From Planctomycetota bacterium (lineage in GTDB: Bacteria; Planctomycetota; MHYJ01; WSZJ01): a stretch of 64,000 nucleotides of DNA. How positions within the stretch are numbered: the first letter of the stretch is position 1; the number at the start of each line of letters is the position of its first letter. The notes beneath the pieces were generated by a model that worked only from the letters and a program-made list of their open reading frames with translations, was not told the DNA's origin and made no database searches. The translations under genes and the position numbers were made by a program. Location of the stretch: contig JBBTCT010000020.1 in NCBI GenBank assembly GCA_038060895.1, forward strand, positions 48,506 through 112,505. The letters run 5' to 3'. Below, piece after piece: positions 1-7,920 of this stretch.

Positions 1-403
1 CAATTTCCGCGTCCGTCGCCTCGATGACGCGCGCGATCCCGCCGCGGCCGATTTCAGGGCCGAGCTGGAAGCGTTCGCCGGGGCCGAGCGGTTCTGGTGA
101 GAGGTGCGGGTTGGAGCCGCCGGCCTTCGGCATGACGATCGTGTCCATCGACTCGTTGGCCGACGGCTGGTAACCAGCCGGGAGCCCGCGCCCCGTCGTG
201 CGCGCCATGTGCGCCGAGACGAGCCCCGCAAGGGCTTCGCGCTGTACTTCCGTGATGAAGCGCTTCTCGATCAGCACGTCGCCGAGGTCGCGCTGGGGTT
301 TTTCGGCCCAGGTCGCGAGGGCCGCGACCAGCTGCTCCTTGGAGATATAGTTGAGCTGGAGGGCGAGGACACCCGGGAGCAGGCGGGCTTCGCGGTCGTT
401 CAT
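1..403 (-). CDS. Hanks-type Ser/Thr protein kinase, N-terminal part (runs off window start)
   Basis: Minus-strand frame from ATG 403 reads MNDREARLLPGVLALQLNYISKEQL...GERFQLGPEIGRGGIARVIEATDAEI: glycine-rich kinase subdomain I after an N-terminal helical region like that of the kinase at 56637. Absent from the ORF track because it is truncated. Confidence 0.8.
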   Translation of the reverse strand, partial: MNDREARLLPGVLALQLNYISKEQLVAALATWAEKPQRDLGDVLIEKRFITEVQREALAGLVSAHMARTTGRGLPAGYQPSANESMDTIVMPKAGGSNPHLSPEPLGPGERFQLGPEIGRGGIARVIEATDAEI

Positions 404-430
404 GGGAGAGAGATTACTTCAATGGTGACG

Positions 431-513
431 GCGGGGTTGGGAGTTTTGAGTTCCGGAGGTTGTGTTCCGGGATCCGGGTTCCGGGTGGGGTCTGGAGTTT
501 CGAGTTGGGAGTT
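431..513. repeat. Degenerate heptamer-like (GGGTTCC/GAGTTCC) intergenic repeat, single arm
   Basis: Shares ccgggttccgggtgg and gggtctggagtttcg with the left arm of the 60030-60247 element. Confidence 0.7.
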
Positions 514-548
514 ATAGTAGGGAGCGGGGGGATTGCTGCGGAGCTGGC

Positions 549-1865
549 ATGTCGCGAATCGTCGCCTTAGTTCTGCTGCTCGCCTGCCGGCTCGCGGCAG
601 CGACTCCCGAGGCTGTCCTCGCGGAAGACCACGCGAAACTCGCGACCGAGGCGGAAAAACTCGGGCTGCGCGAGGAAGCTGCTCAGGAAGCGCGCACCGT
701 GCTGCGGCTGGCGCCGGAACACGCGGCGGCGAAGGCGCTGCTGGAGAAGCTCGGGCCGGTCCGGATCGTCGAGTGGCCCGATCCGCTGCACGCCAGGTTT
801 GTCGCCTGGTCGAAGAAACGAGCGGGGGTCCGCATGGCGGGGGCGAAGAAACTCGCGACCTCGGCGACTGCGGCCGAGAAGGCGGGGAATGCGGACGAAG
901 CGAAGCGCCTGCGCGAGCTCGCCATCGCGGAGGATCCCGACTGCGCGGACGCGCGCAAGGCGATGGGGATGGAGAAGGTGGATGTGGCCGGGTGGGTGAC
1001 GAAAGAGGAGGCCGCCCAGCGGAGAAAGGGATTGTTGCCGGTTGGCGCGGAATGGCTGCCGGCGAAGGATGCGGCGGCGCGCCACTCGAAATGGGCCGAG
1101 GCTTGGGAAGTCCGCTCGGCGCACTTTCTCGTCCGCACGAACGCTTCGGAAAAGGAAGGACTCGCGATGGCGGCACGCGCGGAGGAGCTGCTCGTCGCGC
1201 TCCGCCGTGAGCTGGAAGGCGCGACCGACCCCATGCCTCCGCCCGCCGCGCCGTACGAAATCCACTTCTACGCCGCTCGCGCCGACCTCGACGCCCACAT
1301 CGACTCCGTGCACGCCGGAAAGGCCTTCCTCAAGTCCATGGGTGGCTTCTACTCGCCCCAGGACAAGACGTCGCACTTCTGCCCGCCCGCCGAGAGAGCC
1401 ATCTCGACGCTCGACGACATCGTGCGCCACGAAGCGACGCACCACCTCCTGAGCGAGCTCTGGCCGAACGCGGCCATGCACTTCAAGCCGGGCTTCTGGG
1501 CGTGGGAAGGGATCGCGTGCTACTTCGAAACGATCGAGGTCCGCGACGGCAAGATCCTCACGGGGCGCGCTTCACATGCGCGCCTCGTCACCGCGAAGGA
1601 CGACATGCAGAAGGGAAAATTCAAGACGCTGGAGGAGCTGGCGGCGGCGGACCAGAACGGGCTCGGGAGCGCCTACGAGCAGGCGGCGGCGCTGACGCAT
1701 TTCTTCATGCACTCGGAGGGCGGCAAGAAGCGGGAGAAGTTCGTGGAGTACCTGAAAATCGTGTCGAAGGGCGCGGGCGACGCGACGGCATGGGAGACTT
1801 GTTTCGGGAAGAAGCCGGCTGACATGCAGGCGGAGTGGCTGGCGTACCTGAAGGGGCTGAAGTGA
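549..1865 (+). CDS. Exported DUF1570-like zinc metallopeptidase
   Basis: Signal peptide MSRIVALVLLLACRLAAA; HExxH motif (RHEATHH) followed by WAWEGIACYFE; start placed at ATG 549. Confidence 0.75.
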   Translation: MSRIVALVLLLACRLAAATPEAVLAEDHAKLATEAEKLGLREEAAQEARTVLRLAPEHAAAKALLEKLGPVRIVEWPDPLHARFVAWSKKRAGVRMAGAKKLATSATAAEKAGNADEAKRLRELAIAEDPDCADARKAMGMEKVDVAGWVTKEEAAQRRKGLLPVGAEWLPAKDAAARHSKWAEAWEVRSAHFLVRTNASEKEGLAMAARAEELLVALRRELEGATDPMPPPAAPYEIHFYAARADLDAHIDSVHAGKAFLKSMGGFYSPQDKTSHFCPPAERAISTLDDIVRHEATHHLLSELWPNAAMHFKPGFWAWEGIACYFETIEVRDGKILTGRASHARLVTAKDDMQKGKFKTLEELAAADQNGLGSAYEQAAALTHFFMHSEGGKKREKFVEYLKIVSKGAGDATAWETCFGKKPADMQAEWLAYLKGLK

Positions 1866-1869
1866 CGGC

Positions 1870-1888
1870 ATTGACGCACTGCGTCAAT
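1870..1888. promoter_or_regulatory. Palindrome copy 1, ATTGACGCA-C-TGCGTCAAT
   Basis: Perfect 9-bp arms, intergenic; core recurs at 21199, 30314, 39336 and 57869. Confidence 0.8.
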
Positions 1889-1912
1889 CAAAGTTCCGGT
1901 TAAGATCCTGCC

Positions 1913-3463
1913 ATGTCCGCCCCGATCCCGCTCGTCCTGGCCCTCGTCGCCGAGGCGGACCACCCTGCCGGCGGCGCACTCCGCGAAAGGCTCGCCTCAC
2001 TGGGCGGCGAGGTCCGCACAGGGCCGTCCGCCGTGGTGATCACCTGGGAGGACAGTCGCGGCCGCGAGGAGTTCGCGATCCGTGCGGCGCGCGACGCCGT
2101 GAAGTTCGCCCGGGACGCCGGGCTGGCCGCGCGCGCCGCGGTGCACCTCGGCCTGCCCGACCCGTCGCCCGGCGCGTTCGCCATGGCCCGGGCGGCGCCC
2201 GACGGTGCCGTTTGGGTGTCCAAGGCAGTCGAACGCCTCGTCCCGCGGAGATTCCGCTTCACGGAACTGCCCGTCCTGCAGGTCGGCGCCGAAGCCGTGC
2301 CTCCTTACGAGGCCGGAGAAGAACTCGGTTCCCCCGGCGAGTTCGGCTCGGGCGAGGAGCTCGGCCCCTTCATCGAACGCCAGAGCGCGATCACCACGCT
2401 TCACGCAACCCAGACATCGCTGCTCCTCATCGGCCCCCCCGGCTCGGGACGCGCCCGCCTCCTGCGCGTGTGCCGCGAAACCCGCCGGGCCACGGGCTCG
2501 TGGGTCGCCGTCGGCCGATGCGGCGAGCGCCCGGCGTCGCCCGGCGGCGCGTTCGGGCAGATGCTCTGCGCCGAGGCCGCCGCTTCGGGATTCGACCGCT
2601 GGGACGGCGAACGGGTTGTCGCGGCTGTAAAACGGCTCGGCGGAAGCGCGGAGGACGCCGACACGCTCGCCTTGTCGCTGGGGCTTCGCCTGAACGAAGA
2701 GGGCGCTTCGCCGGCGCCCGCTCCCGACGCGATGCGCGCCGCCTGGGGGCGGCTCCTCGAGGGAATGAAGCCGCGCCCGCTGCTCTGCCTCGAGAATCTC
2801 GGACGCGCGACGGCCGAGGAAGTGGCGATTCTCGAGTCGCTCCCTCCCGCGGCGGCAACGGTGCTGGCGACGGGCGAGTCTCTCGTCAAATCGAAGCGCG
2901 GCTTTCTGCCCGTCCCGCTCCGGGAAATGTCACCCGATGCGAGCCGGAAACTTGCCGCGCGCGTCCAGCTGGCGCCCGGCATCATGGCCGCCGGGAATCC
3001 GCTCCTCATCGAGCAACTCGGAGCGCTCTGCGCCGAAGCGGGCAACGATGCGGCGGTCGACGCCTTCGCGGCCCCCGACCCGCTGCACGACGCCATCGAT
3101 GCGCGGTTCGAAGCTCTCCCCCTCGAGGCTCGCGAGACGCTGGCCGCCGCTTCGATCCTCGGGCGCTCGTTCTGGAGATTTGCGCTGGAACGGGTGCTGG
3201 GACACGACGCGGAAGAGGGGCTGCAGAAGGCCCGGCACGGCGGCTGGATCCTCGAACGCGAAGGTTCGCTCATGCGGGCCGACGGCGAGCTGCTCTTCCG
3301 CCACGACCTCCTGCGCGAGGCCGCGGAATCTTCGCTCGCGCCGGGCGCGCCGCAGCAGCTGCACGCGGTGGCGGCGGCGTTCTACGAACAGCGCGCGCCG
3401 CTCGCCGGACCGGCGACGGCGGCGCGGGCGGCGTGGCACCGGGCTGAAGCGGCGCGAGCCTGA
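1913..3463 (+). CDS. Degenerate nucleotide-cyclase-like plus STAND/AAA ATPase protein
   Basis: ARAAVHLG and AAPDGAVWVS resemble a class III cyclase C-terminus; Walker A-like GPPGSGRA; GNPLLIEQL; L..AASILGRSFW; FRHDLLREAA. Confidence 0.65.
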   Translation: MSAPIPLVLALVAEADHPAGGALRERLASLGGEVRTGPSAVVITWEDSRGREEFAIRAARDAVKFARDAGLAARAAVHLGLPDPSPGAFAMARAAPDGAVWVSKAVERLVPRRFRFTELPVLQVGAEAVPPYEAGEELGSPGEFGSGEELGPFIERQSAITTLHATQTSLLLIGPPGSGRARLLRVCRETRRATGSWVAVGRCGERPASPGGAFGQMLCAEAAASGFDRWDGERVVAAVKRLGGSAEDADTLALSLGLRLNEEGASPAPAPDAMRAAWGRLLEGMKPRPLLCLENLGRATAEEVAILESLPPAAATVLATGESLVKSKRGFLPVPLREMSPDASRKLAARVQLAPGIMAAGNPLLIEQLGALCAEAGNDAAVDAFAAPDPLHDAIDARFEALPLEARETLAAASILGRSFWRFALERVLGHDAEEGLQKARHGGWILEREGSLMRADGELLFRHDLLREAAESSLAPGAPQQLHAVAAAFYEQRAPLAGPATAARAAWHRAEAARA

Positions 3464-3507
3464 TTGAAGTTGCGGGGTCGTGAAGGGCCTGCCATTCTCT
3501 CGCGCCG

Positions 3508-4512
3508 ATGACGACGAGTCCGGGGAAGTTGCTGGGCTGGAGCGCGGCCGCGGGGTTCGCGGTGTGGTGCCTCCTGAGCGCGGCGGTGCACGCCCGGTGG
3601 ACGACGCTGGGTCTCGAATGGGGCGTGCAGCTCAACATCACGGGAATTTTCATGCTGGGGCTGCTCGTGACGACGCCCCTGGCGCTGCTGCTCAGCGCCC
3701 CGGCGGGTTCCGCGGGCAGCGCCGCATGGCGTGCGGCGGCGTGGCTTCAGCCCCCGGCCGCCGCGGCGGCGTTCGGGTCCTTCTTCGTCGCGCCGGGCGC
3801 TATCGCCGCGGCGCTGGTCGTGCCCTGGGCTGCGATGAGCGTGTGCGCGGCGGCGACCGGCCTCGGACGATTCCTCGAGCACCGATTCAGGCAGCCTGAA
3901 GAACTCGCCATTGACGCCGGACTTGCCATGCTGCCGGTCGGGGCGGCTTGGCTGGCAGCCTCGCGGGCCGGGGTGGAGCCCATGGGATTCCGCGAGCCTT
4001 TCGTCCTGCTCACGGCCGTGCATTTCCATTTCGCCGGGCTCGCCGCGACCGTGATCGTCGGCCTCGCGGGACGCCGGCTGCGGGCGTGGAACTCGAAGAT
4101 CCTCCCCCTCTATCTGGTCCTGGCCGCGGGCGTGGTCCTCGGCGTCCCTCTCCTCGCAGCCGGCATCGCTTCGCACACGAAGTTCGAAGTCGTCGCCGCC
4201 CTCATCCTGGCCTTCTCGCTCGGTGGGTTCTGCCTCTTCGCCCTCTTCGCCGTCGTCCCGCGCCTCGACGGATGGCCGGCCAGGATCCTGCTGGGCCTCG
4301 CGCTTCTGGCGGCCGTCTGGTCGATGCACTACGCCGGGCACTACGCAGCCGGCGTTGCTCGCGGCGTGATCCCGCCGAAATACTCCCTTCCGAAAATGGC
4401 CTCCGTTCACGGACTGCTCAACGCCCTCGGCTTCTCTCTCTGCGGTCTGCTAGGCTGGCTCGCAGCGGAACGGGCGGAACGGAAGAACCGCAAATCGGGG
4501 AAAACGACGTGA
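3508..4512 (+). CDS. YndJ-like integral membrane protein
   Basis: Many transmembrane segments; LLTAVHFHFAG and MASVHGLLNALGF motifs. Confidence 0.75.
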   Translation: MTTSPGKLLGWSAAAGFAVWCLLSAAVHARWTTLGLEWGVQLNITGIFMLGLLVTTPLALLLSAPAGSAGSAAWRAAAWLQPPAAAAAFGSFFVAPGAIAAALVVPWAAMSVCAAATGLGRFLEHRFRQPEELAIDAGLAMLPVGAAWLAASRAGVEPMGFREPFVLLTAVHFHFAGLAATVIVGLAGRRLRAWNSKILPLYLVLAAGVVLGVPLLAAGIASHTKFEVVAALILAFSLGGFCLFALFAVVPRLDGWPARILLGLALLAAVWSMHYAGHYAAGVARGVIPPKYSLPKMASVHGLLNALGFSLCGLLGWLAAERAERKNRKSGKTT

Positions 4513-5522
4513 AGAAAATGCTGATCGCCGGAACCGTTCTCCTGGCCTCTTCCGCCGTCGCCGAACGCGAAGCGCGGACCTTTGAAATGAAGAGTCTCGA
4601 CGTCGCCGCTCCCGACGGGAGGATCGTCGCGACCACGAAAGGGTTCGTGGCTCTCGAGCGCGGCAAGGACGGCGACCGGATCGTGCACCGCAACCGGGAC
4701 GGGAAGGAAATCGATGAGCTCCTGAACCTGGAAGCGCGGGTCGGCCGCTGGTGGGCGGCGCCCGACGGCAGCTCGGCGGTGGTGCTGGAGGGCGTCAACG
4801 TGCTGTCGCTGTGGCTTCCCGCCGTCGTGGGCGGCTTCGCCAGACCGGAGCATCTCCTCGCGGGGGACGTCGCCTACTCGCCCGACGGCAAACGCATCGC
4901 GTTCCGGTCGGGCGACCAGGTCGTCGCCCGCGACGCAATGCCGAAAGGCTGGCGCGTTGAAATCCCGGCGTCGCCCGTGCTCGAAGGGCCGCTGTGGTCC
5001 GGCGACGGCGCTTCCCTGGTCGCCGTCACCGGCAAGTCGAGCGTCGTCAATGGCGTGCTGAAATCGTCCCCGGACTCCGTCGAGTGGTGCGACCCCAGGG
5101 CCGAAAAGCCGGAATGGAAAAAGCTCTTCCACTCCGAAGGCGGCACCATCGCCCATCTCGCGGCCGACCTTTCCGGACGCCGCGTGGCCTTCGTCGAGAT
5201 CAAGGACGGCTGGAAGCTGCGCCTCCTCGACCTCGACAAGGGTGAACTCGATGTCCTCGACGAAAGCGGCGGGACGAGGAGCGTCGTGTTCACGCCTGCG
5301 GGCGACCTGCTTTTGACGGCCGACACCCGGTCCGGGCGGGTCGAGGCCTGGCTCATCGGGACGGTCCGCGGCGGCACAAAGCGCGGCGTCTCTCGAGATC
5401 GCGTTGCCGAACTTCCCGACGCCGACGTGGTCGCGGCGTCCGCAGCCGCGGGCGACTTGTGGTTCGTCACGCACACGGCGGGGAGCAAGGACTTCAAAGT
5501 CGTGCGCGTCACGCCCAAATAG
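4509..5522 (+). CDS. Exported TolB/WD40-like beta-propeller protein
   Basis: GTG start overlapping the upstream TGA; signal peptide; APDGS, YSPDGKRIAF and WSGDG repeats. Confidence 0.65.
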   Translation: MKKMLIAGTVLLASSAVAEREARTFEMKSLDVAAPDGRIVATTKGFVALERGKDGDRIVHRNRDGKEIDELLNLEARVGRWWAAPDGSSAVVLEGVNVLSLWLPAVVGGFARPEHLLAGDVAYSPDGKRIAFRSGDQVVARDAMPKGWRVEIPASPVLEGPLWSGDGASLVAVTGKSSVVNGVLKSSPDSVEWCDPRAEKPEWKKLFHSEGGTIAHLAADLSGRRVAFVEIKDGWKLRLLDLDKGELDVLDESGGTRSVVFTPAGDLLLTADTRSGRVEAWLIGTVRGGTKRGVSRDRVAELPDADVVAASAAAGDLWFVTHTAGSKDFKVVRVTPK

Positions 5523-5576
5523 GAACTTCGTCCCTTCCGCAGCGTCCAAGGAAGACCCTTCCATCCCGGAGGCACG

Positions 5577-6590
5577 ATGCGCCGAACCGTTGCCCTGTTC
5601 GCCCTGACCCCGCTGGTCGCCCTGCTCCTGGTAACCGCCGCGGAAGCGAAGCGCGCCCGGCGCACGCCGGTCAACACGCCGACGGGCGTTGTCGTGGATG
5701 GACCGCAGCTGGCGGCGTACGGGAAAGGATTCGCGGTCTGCCGCAACGCGGATTTGAAGGGCGAAATCGTGGCCTGCGACGCAGATGGCAAGAACCCCAG
5801 GACGCTCGTGTCGGCGAAAGCGCCGATCTCAGCCTGGAGCCCTTCCCCGAAGGAAGGCGTGATCGCCTGGATATCGGGCGGGAAGCTCTTCCTGCGAAGC
5901 ACCCCGGACGGAGAAGAACTCGACCTGGGGCTTGCAGAGCCCGTCCGGCCCGCTTTTTCGCGTGACGGGAAGATCGTGGCTTTTGTGTCGAAGGGAAACC
6001 TGGTGCTGCGCGACACGGAAGGAGAACGCCGGCGCGAAATAGCTCCCAGGGAGGGCCGCGTCATCGAGGGAATCGACTTCGCGGGCGACGGCAAGTGGAT
6101 GATGGCGCTGACCGCTCCGGTCACCAAGGACGCCCGGGCGCCGGTAGACACAATCGAGCGGCTCGACTCGTCCGAGGAGTCTCCCGATTTCGAGCCCCTT
6201 CAATCTTTGGAGGACGGCCGCTTCCGTTCGGTGTGCGTCTCCCCCGTCGACGACCAGGTCGCCTTCGTCGAAGGGTCGGAGAAGGATTCTGAGTCCGTCC
6301 TTCACGTCCTCGCCCTCAGTACAGGCATCCGGAACGAATTCGGGGCCACCGGTGACTTCCGCGAGATCGCGTTCTCCGCGGACGGCCGCTGGCTTCTGCA
6401 GAATCTCGGAGGCGTGATTCACATGCAGCAGCTCTTCCGCTCCGGCACGGCACGGTCGTTTTACCGCGAAATCCTGACGGTCGGCGACGGCAAGGCGGAT
6501 TCCCGCCCCGTCGCGGGCAAGGGCGGCATGTGGTTCCTGCGCGGAAAGCCCGGCGGCACGTTAGAGGTCGTCAAGGCCGAGCTGGATTAA
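5577..6590 (+). CDS. Exported TolB/PD40-like beta-propeller protein
   Basis: GGAGG SD; signal peptide; PAFSRDGKIVAF, FAGDGK and FSADGRWL repeats. Confidence 0.7.
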   Translation: MRRTVALFALTPLVALLLVTAAEAKRARRTPVNTPTGVVVDGPQLAAYGKGFAVCRNADLKGEIVACDADGKNPRTLVSAKAPISAWSPSPKEGVIAWISGGKLFLRSTPDGEELDLGLAEPVRPAFSRDGKIVAFVSKGNLVLRDTEGERRREIAPREGRVIEGIDFAGDGKWMMALTAPVTKDARAPVDTIERLDSSEESPDFEPLQSLEDGRFRSVCVSPVDDQVAFVEGSEKDSESVLHVLALSTGIRNEFGATGDFREIAFSADGRWLLQNLGGVIHMQQLFRSGTARSFYREILTVGDGKADSRPVAGKGGMWFLRGKPGGTLEVVKAELD

Positions 6591-7755
6591 CGGCGCGCAC
6601 CGGTTTCCGCACCGCCAGAAGCATCGCGCACGCGACGAGCGCGATGGCCGCTTCCGTGAGAAACGCGGTTTTCGGGCTGAAACTCTCGGAGAGGGCGCCA
6701 AACAGGAAGGATGCCGGCAGCGCTGTGATTCCGACGGCGAAGTAGAAGAGGCCGAAGGCGGTTCCCTTGAGCTCGGGAGGGACGAGGTCCGCGACCACCG
6801 CCCGCTGCACTGAAGTGGCGAGCGCATTGAAGAGCGTATAGGCCGCCAGACAGAGGAGGAAGGGCGCGGGTTTCGAGGCAAAAGCAAAGCCGCAGTAGAC
6901 CGCGGCGTAGATCAGCCAGCCGGCCAGAACGACCCGGCGCCGATCGAATCGGTCCGCGATCGCGCCCCCGGCGAGGGCCACCATGCCTTTCAGCACGCTG
7001 AAGCCCGACCATGCCACTGTCGCCCAACCCAGCGGAATTCCTACTTCGGGCATCCGCTGGACGAGAAAGGCATCCGAGGAGTTGGCGAGCGTGAACACCG
7101 CGACCGTCGCCAGGAACCACCGGAAGTTCCCGCTGAATGGTCGCAACGAAAGACTCAATGGCTTGGCCTCCGCCCGGGAGGGAACTTCGCGCACCAGGAA
7201 CCCAATGAACATCATCACGAACGCGGCGGGCACCGCCGTCCAGAGGAACACGCTTCGAAAACTCATCCCCGACGCCAGCATCGCGCCCGCGACCAGCGGG
7301 CCGACCGCAGCCCCGAATTGGTCCATCGCGTTCTGGAGCCCGTAGGCCCTGCCCCGCGCCTCTGAGTCGCACGAATCGGCGATCAACGCATCGCGCGCGG
7401 CAAGCCTCGTTCCCTTGCCCAGCCGGTCCGCCATCCGGATCACGAAGACATGCCAGGGCGCGGTGACAATCGCGTAGAGGGGCCGCATGGCAGAAGACAG
7501 AAAGTAGCCCCAGAAAATGAAGGGCTTCCGCTTCCCCGCGCGATCGGACGCCCATCCGGAGAAGATCCTCAGAAGTGCGGCGAGGGAGTCGGCGGCCCCT
7601 TCGATCAGGCCGAGCGTCGCCTTCGAGGCGCCCAGGACCGTGGTGAGAAAGTGCGGCATGAGCGGAAAGACCATTTCCGAGGCGAAGTCGGTGAAGAAAG
7701 AGGCGAAGCCGAGCCAGAGGACGTTCGGGCGGAGGCCGTGGAAGAGGCGTTTCAC
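6571..7755 (-). CDS. MFS transporter
   Basis: About 12 transmembrane segments; motif A (GWASDRAGKRK, GAIADRFDRR); DRLGKGTRLAARDALI. Confidence 0.9.
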   Translation of the reverse strand: MKRLFHGLRPNVLWLGFASFFTDFASEMVFPLMPHFLTTVLGASKATLGLIEGAADSLAALLRIFSGWASDRAGKRKPFIFWGYFLSSAMRPLYAIVTAPWHVFVIRMADRLGKGTRLAARDALIADSCDSEARGRAYGLQNAMDQFGAAVGPLVAGAMLASGMSFRSVFLWTAVPAAFVMMFIGFLVREVPSRAEAKPLSLSLRPFSGNFRWFLATVAVFTLANSSDAFLVQRMPEVGIPLGWATVAWSGFSVLKGMVALAGGAIADRFDRRRVVLAGWLIYAAVYCGFAFASKPAPFLLCLAAYTLFNALATSVQRAVVADLVPPELKGTAFGLFYFAVGITALPASFLFGALSESFSPKTAFLTEAAIALVACAMLLAVRKPVRAVNPARP

Positions 7756-7777
7756 CGGGGCGAGAGGCTACGGGAGG

Positions 7778-7916
7778 GGAAAAACGGCCACAACGAAACA
7801 AAAAGGGAAAAACGAAAAACAAAAAACGAAAAGTTCACGACCACCTCGCGGCGGCCGTTCCCTTTTCGTTTTTCCTTTTTGCTTTTTCGTTTTTCTTTTC
7901 GTTGTTGCCGTTTTCC
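7778..7916. repeat. AT-rich long inverted repeat built from AAAAACG-like heptamers
   Basis: Left arm ggaaaaacggccacaacgaaacaaaaagggaaaaacgaaaaac; right arm tttcgtttttcctttttgctttttcg...gttgttgccgttttcc. Confidence 0.75.
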
Positions 7917-7920
7917 AGTC

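Noticed and set aside
1693-1707. Additional palindrome copy TGACGCATTTCTTCA
   Set aside because: Two mismatches in one arm, different reading frame, explained by the LTHFF codons; likely chance
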